Part shown: positions 50,137-62,630 of the stretch, piece after piece
Layout: the number at the start of each line of letters is the position of its first letter
How positions within the stretch are numbered: the stretch's first letter is position 1
Source of the DNA: Hydrolagus colliei
Lineage: Eukaryota
Assembly (NCBI GenBank): GCA_035084275.1
Contig: CM068755.1
Location: 12,214,001-12,278,000 of the forward strand
Direction of reading: 5' to 3'
Length of the DNA: 64,000 bases
Position numbers and translations under genes: made by a program
The notes under the pieces: model-generated
Told to the model about the DNA's origin: nothing
The model's input: only the letters and a program-made list of their open reading frames with translations
Database searches by the model: none

Positions 50137-50540
50137 CTCAGCCTGACTCAGTCACTGATACTTTCACTTCTGAACCAGTAGGCTGTTTGTTCGAGCCCCA
50201 TGTTGTGGACCTTGACCTGACAGTCGAGGTTGGCACTCTGGCACTATTCTGGGGTTCATTGATTGTTGGAGGTGTCGTCCTTCTAATGAGATGTTTAAAC
50301 CATGGGCCTGTCTGCCTACTCAGCTAAATGTTAAAGATACCTTGGCACTATTCAAAAAGAGAGGGAGTTTCTTTCAAATTAAATTGATCATTCACTTCAA
50401 GGCTGTTGGTGGGACATAGTTGTGTACAAATTAACCATTGTGTTCACCTACAAAATACAGTCACTGCACATTACAGTAAATATTGTGAAGAGGATCCTCT
50501 GAAGCAATGAGGTATATCATCAAATGCAAGAATTATTGTT
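50137..50540 (+). mobile_element. Near full-length old Deu-domain SINE
   Basis: gttcgagcccca B box; ttggaggtgtcgtccttctaatgagatgtttaaacc..gttaaagataccttggcactattc; tail caaatgcaagaattatt. Confidence 0.82.
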
Positions 50541-52771
50541 AATCATCATAATATTTCATTTTAGCAGTTTATAAACTGCTAAAATAAAGCATAATAAAAT
50601 AACATAATAAAAATTTTAGCTGGCTGTAATCAAGTCTGTCCATAACAAAATAACTCTCTATTTCTATATTAGGCAGATGCTACACATTTCATCAGAATAT
50701 CATAAAAAAGAAAAAAAAAGAAAAACTATGCATTGAATATTTATCAGTCTTGTCTCCCTGAATTTTTTTTTAGAAAAATGCTAACCTTGCCAAACTTGTC
50801 AAATGTAGTGACCCACTAGTATGACAGACCTCAAAGGACTCTGCATTTAAGCACATTGGGATTTTAATGCAAAGGAGTGTATGCAAAGTTGTCTTTATGA
50901 ATATTTAGAAACTGAGGGATGAAGGCAAGGACACCTTGAAATGATATTTCACGAGAGCAGTGTTTAAAGAAAGCTCAAAAGTTCTCACTATGTGGAACAC
51001 TATTTAATGTGTCCCTGTGTACATTTTCCAGAATAATGTCAGATATAGGACACTTCAGGGTGTCAGCAAGGCAGATCCATCTCTTGGAGAATTTAATTTA
51101 ATTGGAGATGGTGAGAAAAATGACATGGGCGAGATCATAATTTTACAAATAATTATTTACTCTCACAAATTCTAACATCCACTTTTAATAGCTTGCTTTT
51201 TGTTCAGACAGTGAGTCTTTAAACAGATGACTGAAAAGGTCTATCCCCATGAAGTTTTGCAATTTGACTTTAGCCTTTGACAGTTGCAAACTATTTCTAA
51301 CTACTGTGGACAGGTATTGACCAGTCCATATGACTGCTCGATGTGATTTCTGACTGTTATGGACAACTAATGACAAAGCCTAACGTAAACGATGCAAGTC
51401 TGCAGAATCTATTTATTCCAACGTTCAAACTAGCAGACAGAACGGAGCAGGACACTAATTGGAAAATAACAGAAAAAAGTAATCGATTAATCTGTTAAGA
51501 ACGCTGCCATTTGGTTTGCCAACTGGTCAGTGTCGAGTTGCTGCCGCTACTGTCAAACTATGTACGCACAGGGAATAAAACTAGTTTGCAAGATGTTTTT
51601 GAGATTGAGGTTGATTGACAGGTGAGTGACCCTTTAATAAAATTATGGGTGCAGAATTCTGGAGTTAGCTTGGCAGATGCAGAATTAATAATTAACAAGC
51701 ACATATCTGTAGTCTTAATTTTTTTTAGCTGTACATGTTTGCTCAGCAAGAGCAGCTTGCTCATTGATGATATTTTGATTAATCTTTCCTTTTTGTCTGT
51801 GACGAAAAAGTCCTCCAATAGATATAAATATTAATATATGGTAAGAATAAAGGAAATACATGAATCTTTCAATATCTTATGCACTGGACCTCCACTAAAT
51901 CCTTAAGGAACTTAGTTGTATTTTTGCCCTTTGCCAAATCATGACACAATTACAGGTTCCATTTTATGCAAATAATACAATTACTAAGAAAATATTTGAA
52001 GTGATTGTCATACTCCAACAAAGTCTCCCATATTGAGACTCCATGTAAAATACTGTGTCTAAAAGCTATTGAAAAAAAAAGTTTTGAAGTGAGGGGTGTC
52101 TCCCCGAGACAGTCTTTTTATGTCATTTCTCTATTAATGAGAGAACTCCAATGTACATTTATATTAGATGTCACTTTAGGTACCACAGTGGTATTATGAA
52201 GGGCTATTCTATATTGATTTCATAAATATACACACATTTTTAAAGCAGCAAGATGCTTTCGGTGTAATTCATCAAAGAGTTTGGGAGGTGTTATAAACCA
52301 AACCAAGTTGAAGTGGTTTATCAATGTCATCTGAACTTTGAAATGCATTTCTGTCTTTTTGTTTAAATTTAAACACGGGAATTTAAAATATTTACAATGC
52401 AATACAGATATTAATGGGCTCAGCAGAAAATGGAACCTTATTGAGTCAATATCAGTGATGTGCTAAAAGATCATATTGGTCACAGTGAGGAAATAATTCA
52501 TCATGTGACTCTCACTGAACTAATGGACTAACCCAAGATTTATTTGACTTGTACTGGCAAATACAAAACACCGTACATGTTGTAAAAATTCATGGCAACA
52601 TTTGATGCATCCCAATTGCCACCAAGTGTATATTTAAAAGGGAATACAACTATGTACAATATGGGTATTTGGAATACTCACAAAAGCTGCAGACTAACAG
52701 TGGAGCTACATGCACAACAATTATAGGGATTCAAACAATTTCAAGGATTTGTGCAAATCAAAACTTTGTTT

Positions 52772-52910
52772 ATGGAACATTGCTGTGTGCCAATTGTCTG
52801 CTGAGTTTATCTACAAAATACACATTTGTTACACTTTACAGGAAATTGCAGGTAGCGATTTGAGACGACCTGATATGAAAAGCACCTCATTAAATGCAAA
52901 AATTATTATG
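52772..52910 (+). mobile_element. SINE 3' half, diverged
   Basis: tggaacattgctgtgtgccaattgtctgctg..gtagcgatttgagacg..tgaaaagcac..aaatgcaaaaattattat. Confidence 0.75.
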
Positions 52911-53719
52911 GTGTTATTATTTATTTTCATTTTAAACCAGCAGGAAAGGTCGGCAATGTATATCTGAACATGAGAGAAGAGGTGTGTTTCCAAATAGAAT
53001 TGTGTGTTTATATGTGATTATGGATATACCTGTATTTGCATCTGTGTAATTATGAATGGTTAGATGCAGTTTATAGGTTTGTGCATCTGTCTACCGGTTA
53101 CCTCATCCCACATTCAGAAATCACATGACTGACCATATTCTGGACCGGTGATTAAATGGGCGAGGAGGTGGGTGATGGGGTGGAGTAAGAGATATATTCA
53201 AATGCTGGTATTAGTTGTGAAAACACCACTATAGTTTGAAGGATCACCTTCACTTTAGAAAATACTCTTTAACTAGCAGTTCTTTTGATTTGGGCATTCT
53301 ATTTCCATCAGGAATTTAAATATTATACACCACAGATGCAGAGAGAACCACCCAAGTTCTATTGCTACAAGTTAGAGGCTATCATTTCCCTGTGCCTAAT
53401 ATCACTCGGGACTATTGACATACACAGCTACTTGGAAGTTAGCATTCACCATCTGTCTATCCTTAGAATTTATTGTTGCTTCTTACCTTCTTAAAAGTCC
53501 AATAACCCATTCTTCTTCATTTTAGAAGGTACCTTTGCACTTTACATTATATTAGGTATGAATGTTATAATGTGTTATTCTCTTGTTTATAAAGTTGCTA
53601 ATACAGATACGAGCGTATTTTGTCCCCCCCCCGATTTCTCAGTTTCTTAGATTTTCTTTGCACTCTTTTCCTCTGAGAGTTTTCGGCCTAACGCCAGCTG
53701 TCTGGTATTTTAACATGTG

Positions 53720-53918
53720 TTTTCAAGGCAGCGCTATATTCTGAAAAGGAAAAGATACGCTAACGTGCCGAGCATAACCTTTGATCGGGACTCAGCATTC
53801 TGATGAAGGTTCATAACCAAGCATTAACCTACTTTTCCCCTTGCAGCTGCTGATTGACCTGCTGGCCACGGACTTGCAGCATTTGTCTGTTTCTTTTTAA
53901 TTTCAGATTTCCAGCCAG
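53720..53918. mobile_element. Palindromic Penelope-type terminal-repeat relic
   Basis: The right arm ttctgatgaaggtt..ttaac..gctgctgattgacctgctg..agcattt..tttcagatttccagc resembles the shark Penelope-associated repeat as recalled. The left arm aggcagc..taacg..aacctttgatcggga is its decayed reverse complement. Confidence 0.65.
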
Positions 53919-56358
53919 GATTTTTCTGACGTGGCAAAATTCCAAAACATGGAACCATCGTCCTCAGCCCAGTGAAAATCTTCCAAAGTAATGATGTCTC
54001 AGAAACAGTCTGAAACGATGTTTCAGAAACGGAATAGGATTGTGCAAACGATTGGGGAAATTTTAATTTAACTTGAAACAATTTTTTTTTTTTGAGGGGA
54101 GCGCATTTTATTTTCTTCTTGAGAAGCAAAGACAATTATTTTGTTTGTTCGTTGTGGAGCATGTCAATAACACACCTGCAAGTAAGTGTCCCAACTTGAT
54201 GTGATGAGAATATACGTATAAGGGATCAACCTTGTTGCAAAATGTATAATAATGTACGATTGTTTTATCTGTTTAATATTCTGGTAACAAGTTCCTCACC
54301 TTTTTTCCCACCCAATTCAATCACCAGCCCAGAATATTTTGAGTTACTTGCTTTGTTTAAACAAATACATCTAACAATGGCTTTCATTTTTACTTAGCTG
54401 TTCAATTTGTTAGGAGAGGGGCTGGGGATTGGGAGTGGGTGATGGATTCAAAAGACATTTGTACCCTGCAGTATTCCCTTTCCTGATCTGTTGGCCCCCT
54501 TTCATCCCTCCCTATGATAACCGCTCGCCCTTGCAGATTCTCTAGAGACCTTCAGGGCAACAAAGCAGGCAACGCACGCCTCCACAACTGGAGTATTGTG
54601 AAGCTGCTCTGAAGGTGCACAGACACAGCAAGTGATGGCCAGAGCACCGTGCTGCAAATCCAACCAGCTATTATTACTGAAACAATAACACAAGCAAGCC
54701 CCTGCTGGCCCACGGAGTGCCCACCTCGTGGGATTTAAAGGTATCACCTTAAAAGTTCACAGAGAGCAGTGTGACTGGAATACTGCTCATCCTATCTTGT
54801 TGTGGGCCTTGAAAAAGTTCCACATTGGAGCAATTAAAATCTCCTCTGTTTTGGCACCTGTCATTCAACAATCCTGTAATCAGTTACATCAGCCACCTTC
54901 TACTAAGGAACAGAACTATGTGTAAACAGTCGAAAGGCCCATATTCAAAGGTTGCACCATTTCCTGAATTCTTTCTTTCCCCTTCCCATGGTAACCCAGT
55001 AAGTATAGGTACAGCAGTGTTACAGCACTTCTGGTTTGTGCCCTTAGTCTTTTTCAACCGCATTCCCACCTGTTCCAAAGTAAGATGGAATTCAGCCTTT
55101 AATTCAATCAACATTGTTGTGTTCTTTAATACTCTTCCTCTGTGTGCACTCTTACAAATTTTGCCCAAGGCCTCAGCAATAGGCCTGTCGAAATGTAGTC
55201 AGGAGGGTGAAGACTTCACACTGTTTTGGCTCAACATTGTTTGACAGATTCCATTGTTTCCTTTAAGGCATGTCACGGAGGCTGTGTCTGTCATAAACAA
55301 AACAGACCAAATTATCCACATTCCTTTCATCTCAACAAAATGAATGCAGGTAAAAGCATTGTACAAAACGTTTGGTTGGCTCATATGATAAAAAAAAGGA
55401 TTGGTTATCTTTAAACTTCAGTGGTATTCTTACCCTTTCATTGATAATGGGGTTTCCAACTGCTTACTAAGTGCAGATGGTTCCTATTCAGACTGACCTA
55501 CTGATGGGAGCTGTCATTCACCCTCCTCTTTCTCTTACTCAATTACCCACCAGTTAGTGCATGATAGCCACAACTTAAAAACATTTTTTAACTTTTTGTT
55601 TCTTTATGTTTTGCCAGGCTGCAGGAAAACCATGGCAGGCAACCAACTGAATGCTCTGAAGCTTAGATAATGTTTAGAAAGTGTCCACGGGTGGTGTGTG
55701 GCTATGTGTGTGTGGGGAGTGGTGTGGGGTGGGGGGGGAGAAGAGTGTTGAAGAGCATTTTTTTGGAAGAATTTTCTTGTCGTTTAAAAATCTACAAGCA
55801 AGAGTTTATTTTCGGTAAGTGAAATGTCAAAACAGGCTTTTCATGCTCGCTTCAAAACAAAGGTAGGTTATATTTCCTATGGCAAGAGACTTCTTAATAC
55901 TAACAATTATTAGAGTCACTTTCTCTTAGGAACATTTAGCATCAATAAAACTGAAAACCAAAGTAAGTTTTAGGAACTTCCTATTTTCTGAAATAATATA
56001 TTTTTATTTAAAAATCATTACATAAAATAGTACTGGAGTGTGTGTTCACTGAGTTCTCAATTCCTGTTTTTCCCCCATTGATGGGTAATAAATCAATCTG
56101 TACCAGTAGACACATATTTAGTAGCTGCTTGGTTTTGTTTTTATTGACTGCTACTGTTTAAAACAATCACCAGACTGGAATTTAAAGGTTTAGAGTTTAT
56201 ACATGCAAAATATTAACAGTAAAGAATTGTTAATGTCGGCTGAGAGCTGATTTTGCTACAGTTGAAGTGTGACTACAATTAGTTTGGGTTTTAAATACAA
56301 AAGTAACAGGATCCCTGGAAAGTCAACAGTGTTATAACAAAAATATGCTTCATACTCT

Positions 56359-56377
56359 TAGCTGTAGATGGCGCTGC
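56359..56377 (+). promoter_or_regulatory. Candidate CTCF site
   Basis: GCTGTAGATGGCGCTG matches the AGRKGGCGC core with its CpG preserved, in AT-rich non-repeat sequence. Confidence 0.6.
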
Positions 56378-59019
56378 CAAGCCACGAAAGGCTGAATCAG
56401 CTACTGGCATTATAACTGTTCAAATTGTTATTATTGCAAAGGGCATTTTCCAAAATTCTGCACTTGATGCTGCAGCAGCTCTTATTTGGCCTACACAGAA
56501 TTGGCTTGAAATATATGATAAATTCAGCATCTTGGTACTGATTTTTACTTAAACTGGCCATTCATCAAAATAATTTTGTTTAAGGTGCAACATTTTTTGT
56601 TAATTTTTGATTTGAAGAAAAGAAAGGTACTGAAGTTTGGAGCCACCTTGTGATATGCAAACATGAAAATATGTAATTTTTACTGGTTAAAATGGGGATG
56701 GCATTTAGAAAATGGGGGTGAAGTTTGAATTGATAGAAGTTTTTTTTATCAATCAAGACTGGATGCTGCTCAGGCACTTCTGAGGTGTACAAATTAAGGC
56801 ACTGCATTGGTTTCAGTGATTCACAAAGACATGGAAAAGGGGTGAAATAAGCAAATAGGTAGCTCTAGAGAGCTCCCTTACATCATGCTTATTAGCTGTA
56901 ATATTTAGGGAGCTGAGCCTAAGGTAGGGCAATGAAAATACACCACAGTATTAGAGACTGCATATTTTAAACTCACTCGATCAAAAGGGTTAAAAGGGCA
57001 ATAATGAAAATTTAATCAGACGAGCACAACATTGGCTCTTCAGCGTAGTGTTTTTAGAAATTCTGTTTTATTTGAAAATGTATATGTATACATAAAGTTC
57101 TTTGTACGAAATTAGCGTAATTATATTTTTTATATATATATATATTTAAAAAGTACTGGCGTTTCACACTGTTTGTATGCCTTGCAATAGGTTTGTGCTG
57201 CTGGGATCATTTTGTTCGCATAACACTGTGCTTTGTGCCTTCATTCCCAACACCCCCCACACCCCCCACACCCCCTCCCCCCACCACCACAAGCTCTCGC
57301 TCCCCTGTCCTGTTTTTGTAACAAGTCACCAGACGGTGTGGTCCGTTTGAGAAGCTGGTCACTGGCCCAAAGTATCGGGGCCTGATCTAGGGTCGAACAC
57401 ACCGGTTTGTGCCATATTTGCCTGTCTAGTGGAAGAGATGAAAAGGGATCACATTTGAAAAGAATTCTGTTAATCCTCTGTCTAATGAATTTTGAGTGCT
57501 CAGTGCAACAAATGAGCATTTCTTCGAATGTATATTTTTAAACTCGGACTCTCCAATCTTTGGCATGTTGTGGGATTGAATTTTCAAGATGTTTGGAACA
57601 GTAGGTGTTGGGGAAGGGAGAAAAATCATATGTTTGGCAATTTGCTGACCGGCAGAATGTGTATGTTTTGTTGTATTTTTCTTTTAGCCTCCCCCCAAAA
57701 AAAGCGTGGGGTGGGGAGGAAGCAGTATCGCTTGTGTCCATTTTAATTTTTGCTGCTGTCTCAATTGTCTGCTGTTTTTCACTACAAAGCATCTGTGCCG
57801 CGAACATTTTCTCACGCGACACTGACCGCAGTGGAAGATGAGAGATGGGGAGGGAGGGAAAGGTGGGGGGAGGGGAGGGTGGGATGAAGAGAGAAAAGCA
57901 GAAGCGGCCTTGTCTACGGTCTACAAATAGCAGGTGACCCAGACTGCAGATGAGGCAGGCTGGTACAGGGTGAGCAGTACAATCAGCCTTGACACAGATC
58001 TGGCGTGGGGGGTCCCTCAGAATTACTGGTCAGGGGTCATATCACCACAGTGAATATCGTTGCATCCTGCTTATGGGGCCACTATTTAGTTAATGCAAGT
58101 CGGATTTATTGGAGGCAGGTCATTAGGCAGAATTTTTTTCTCCTGCTTGGGTTTATATGAAGGGAAATTAGGCTTGTTCTAAAGTAGATATCGTGATATT
58201 ATTATGTGCCTGAATTACGATTTAAATCTCAGCATAGGGGTTGTGTTATTTTTTGTCACAGACTGCTCTCAGCCTGCAGTTTGCTCAGGTGTAAAATACC
58301 ATGTGTTGATTCAGTCAATTTAATGTCAATATATAATTTGGGTAAAGGAGCTTAGAGTTCTGCAAAAAGGTAACAAGGAAATATTCAGAGACAAAATGTT
58401 TTGCCATACAGATTGATCAGGTTTCATTTCAAAGTGTTTTAATTTTCCCCCTGAACTCCCCCTGAATGGCACTTCACAAACACAAGTTGTTGTTGATTAC
58501 CGATTCCCATTTTCAATGACAGACACACAAACTTGAAGAAAACACAATCTTGACAAATCAAGTGCGGCACCAATCATAATCTATCCTGCTCTTTCTTTCC
58601 CCTTATTATAGCCTTAGTTACATTAAACATTTTCGCAATGTTACCAATGCCAGCAAATTTGCCAAAAGGAGAAAAATTCACCCCACGCTCCTTTTTCTTA
58701 ATTTTTAAAAACAATTAATTAAAATGGAAAATTAATTGAAACAAAACAGCGTCTGTACTTTCATGCTACATATAGATTTCAGTAAAATAAAGGCTGTACA
58801 ATGATGAACTTGCTGGTGCCCACACAAAGCACCATTTAATCCAAAACACAACATTTGTACGTTGAAGGGAAAATCTTCTCCCTGTTGCACTAAAAGTGGT
58901 GTCTCTGCTGTTTCCTTTGAAAATTGAAAGAAGCAAAAAAACAAACAATTCATATCAATACTTTTTCCATTGGCAGGGAAAACGTTACACACTATTTTGA
59001 GTTACTGAAGAGTTTCGGC

Positions 59020-59095
59020 CTCAAAATACAGTCACACCACTTTGCATTTATATTCTGTGAATTGCTTTGAGATGTCTCAATGACGTGATACAAAG
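59020..59095 (+). mobile_element. SINE tail fragment
   Basis: caaaatacagtcac..atattctgtgaattgctttgagatgtctcaatgacgtgata. Confidence 0.65.
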
Positions 59096-59374
59096 ACTAG
59101 GGCTGAAAAGAAATGAAGCATTTTACCAAAAATATGCTGTCTGAGTTGAGGGCAAATAACCATCTTAACTCAGCTGGGACAAATCTTCTGTTGGTTCCTG
59201 ACATTCTTTCACATTCCCCACTTCTCTGCCTAAAATGAAGCATTATAGCTTCATGGCATGACAAGGATACATGACATCCTGTTAACATGGAAATGTGAGT
59301 GTGCACCAGACCAGACGAGAGCACTGTTGGACCACCTTACAAAGTAAAATAAATCCCCCCTCATTTTTTCATAG

Positions 59375-59490
59375 CTTCCCCCACCCACACCCCATATATT
59401 GCTTCACCAAATGGCCATCTAATTCGCTCTTGAATTTTCCTGACCCAATCCACCTCCCTGGGTAGTCTATTACACATATTCACCCTGAAT
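59375..59490 (-). mobile_element. CR1 3' fragment
   Basis: Minus ORF ..RVNMCNRLPREV..; ccatctaattcgctcttgaa. Confidence 0.55.
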
Positions 59491-60389
59491 TTACTTACTG
59501 GAATATTTATTAAACCCTGTGGGCACCCAGTGGAGAGTAACATGAAGGCAGTGGCATGCTATTACCTTGTGCAAATGGAGCAGTAAGCTCATCACTGGTA
59601 CCAGCAGATAAGGCCTTGAATGATACTACAGTAGTAGGTGAATATTTTATACTTTATCCTCCAACTCTCAATGTGCTATATTTCCCTTAACACAATCGCA
59701 ACTGCGGGGCTTTATGAATTTAATGATTACATAGCTTGGCTTTTGCTGGTTCAAACTTTCAATGATCCCTCCCTGAGTCTCACCACCACTCACCAGAAAA
59801 CATTGAATGGTTTCTGTCCTTACCAGGATCTGCCAACATTTCATCAAATCTCACAGTTCCTGAAACCTGTACTCTAACCTTACCATTTCAGGGAAAGACT
59901 GGTCGCCTGCAAAGTGAAATGTCATTTGTCTGTGGGCAGAAGTCTGCCACAGTCTATTGAAAGGTATTTGTTAACAATTATATGTCTATTAAGCAGCACT
60001 TGATCAGTCAATGTGCAAATAGCTAGCTCTCTGGGGTTTAGCTATTGACAGCTGCCTGCCAATAACCAATCCAATGTGCTTCAGGAAAGAATGCGCATAA
60101 GGAGAAATTAGGTGGACTGAATAATCATTAGTTTAAAGCCTCCAAGGCCCTACTTTATTTTTTAACTTGCATCATAAAACATGCTAAGGTAACTGCTATC
60201 GAAAGAAACATTCTTGGAAAGATTAATGTATTGCAGCTGACTGTACTTGTCAGGGTGATTTGAAGTTGCTTTTTAGATCATTTTAGAAGTACTCTTAAAA
60301 ACAGATGAGATCTGAAACATTGTGCTGTTAATCCAATATATTCACATTGCATCTCCCTTGTAATGTAATACCATCTTCAGGCCATAGTG

Positions 60390-60695
60390 CCATTCCCACT
60401 TAGGCTGCTCCTCTGCTCAGCGAACACAATTTCATATCCTCCACCCTTTCTGCCCCATCATAGGTAGGCAAGCTCTCAGCCAATCTGACCCCCGCCTTCT
60501 GGATCTCCACTCCTCTCCATGTTCAAAACTTACCTCAACACTTGTGCCTCTGACTGTTCTTTCAGCCTCTTTATCTTCCTTGCTCTAATCAGTTCCCATC
60601 TCTTATCCCAGGTTGGGTTCCTGGCCAGCACCATTAAACTCCTTGAGACATCCTCTCGATGTGAAAGGCACTATATAAATGGAAAATGGATTGTA
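60390..60695 (+). mobile_element. L2 3' end, old
   Basis: ataggtaggcaagctctcagc..ttcaaaacttacctcaacac..ccttgagacatcctctcgatgtgaaaggcactatataaatg. Confidence 0.75.
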
Positions 60696-62144
60696 TTTTA
60701 TCACCTACAAATATTTTTGGGTTGGATTTATTCCCCTCAGTGTTGCTCCCTACTTTCAGTTCCACCCTCACTGTCTTCCATGTGCCAACACTCTTGTTTA
60801 ACAAATGATAATTTCTCTATTGATTCTCCCCCCACCCATAATACCACTACTGAGCAGCTCTACTGTGGATTTACTGTACTTTAATGCTAACAAATCGTTG
60901 AAACTACATTACTATTTATAGCCCTAAATAGATGTTATGCTCATGAAAACAACTTGATCTAATGCACGTGTTCTTTTGAATGCCTGTAAATGAATTTCCA
61001 CTTTATTTTTGTACTACGAAGTACAGACTGTACAGGTTTCCATCTTCCTCCCCTTCAGTAGTTTTTCTTTGCATGAGATAAATTTTTTTTACAGCATTCC
61101 CTTCATTATCAAGATGACAATCAACAATTCTTTACACTATGGTGTAGCAAAAGTGGGCTGTGACATTATTAGATATTTACAAGATTGCAATTTAGAACAA
61201 TCTCCATGTAAACCTATTTGATTTCAACAGTCTCAAAAGATGACAATAGACTTTGTCAGACCAAACATGTAGCAGGGAGTAGGAGGTTCATTACACAAGT
61301 GAAGCTTCCTATTCATGTTGCCATAACTTCAAATGAAAGGAGAGTGCGAGACATAGAAACCATCGGTTGTTTTGAAACATTACATATTATTCTTCACAAG
61401 ATCAATTCGGATGAAGAAGACTCTTGTGCCCACTTGATCTCATTCTTCCAGAATACCTACCCTTCCATTCTCCCAGAACAACATCAAGCTGCATTTCTTG
61501 TGTAAAAAACAATGCCTCAACCACCCAATGGAAGCTGTTTCAGCGACATCATTAATAATTCTTAATAATTCTTAATAATGTTCATCATAAATTCAATGAT
61601 GGAACATGTGTCCCAAATCCACATGTTGAGGATTTAAAAATATCCTTTGACGTGATCAAGAATTAGAAATTAATGGCTCAGTATTTACTAAGCACTTTTT
61701 TACTACTTGTGCCAAGAGTGACGTAAAACTCAAAATTTAATTCAAGTGCAGAATTAGTGATTCTCTGAAGCGCTGGTCTACTAAATCAGTAGCAGCCTCT
61801 CATGCTTACAGTGACCTTTCATTACTTAAAGTAACATTCTTCCTTTAATTTATCTTTTGTTTATCACTGCCAAACGTGTCATCCATTGGGCTTTTAATAA
61901 AGATGTGAGCCACGACTCTGGTTTTTATTAAAGAAAAGCTTTTTCTGAAATCCACCTAACTATGCAAACATGATTATTGCATCTTAACAAGAGAATAATG
62001 TGAAATGTTATTTATCCTCTCACCAGAAAGAAAAGCTGTTTCTTCCTGTCTTATACCACTTCACAGTTTAGTGATAAATACAAAAACATGACTTTCCATT
62101 TTGCCTACATTTTATTATATAGGTGAGAGAAACATTTGAAAATA

Positions 62145-62630
62145 CTACAACCATAGTACATAATAGAGCGCCTTTCACATCAGGAGGACATCCCAAGGCG
62201 TAAACAGCACTACAAGTAAACAACTCACCATCAATCATACCATTTCTGATGTGTTTTAGAAAGTTAGTGCATGCTAAATAAAAATTTAGAATCTGATGTT
62301 TTGTCATTTTGGAATAATAATACTTGCATCTGATATTGCGCCCAATCACATCCTTGAGAGGTCTCAAAGTGCTTCACAGAATATACAGTACTGTACTATA
62401 AACTGAATTGACCATATGTTTTGTGGGTGAAATTGTCTAAATAACTCCACAGTGATTCTGTTTTTGAAATGATTACAGGTATCTGTTTACAGATTGTCTG
62501 GTACATGTGTCAGACCTCTGGGTCAGAAGGGTGTTGTTTCAAGCCCAATGTTGGGAATTTGAGTTTATTGGCTAGGCTAACGATCTAATACAGTGATGGG
62601 AGGATGAACACTGCATTGTCAGAAGTTCAG
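62145..62630. mobile_element. Cluster: L2 tail (-, 62145-62208), SINE tail (-, 62312-62432), Deu-SINE head (+, ~62510-62625)
   Basis: agcgcctttcacatcaggaggacatcccaaggcg; aataataatacttgcatctgatattgcg..gtctcaaagtgcttcacagaatata; gtcagaagg..ttcaagccca. Confidence 0.7.
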
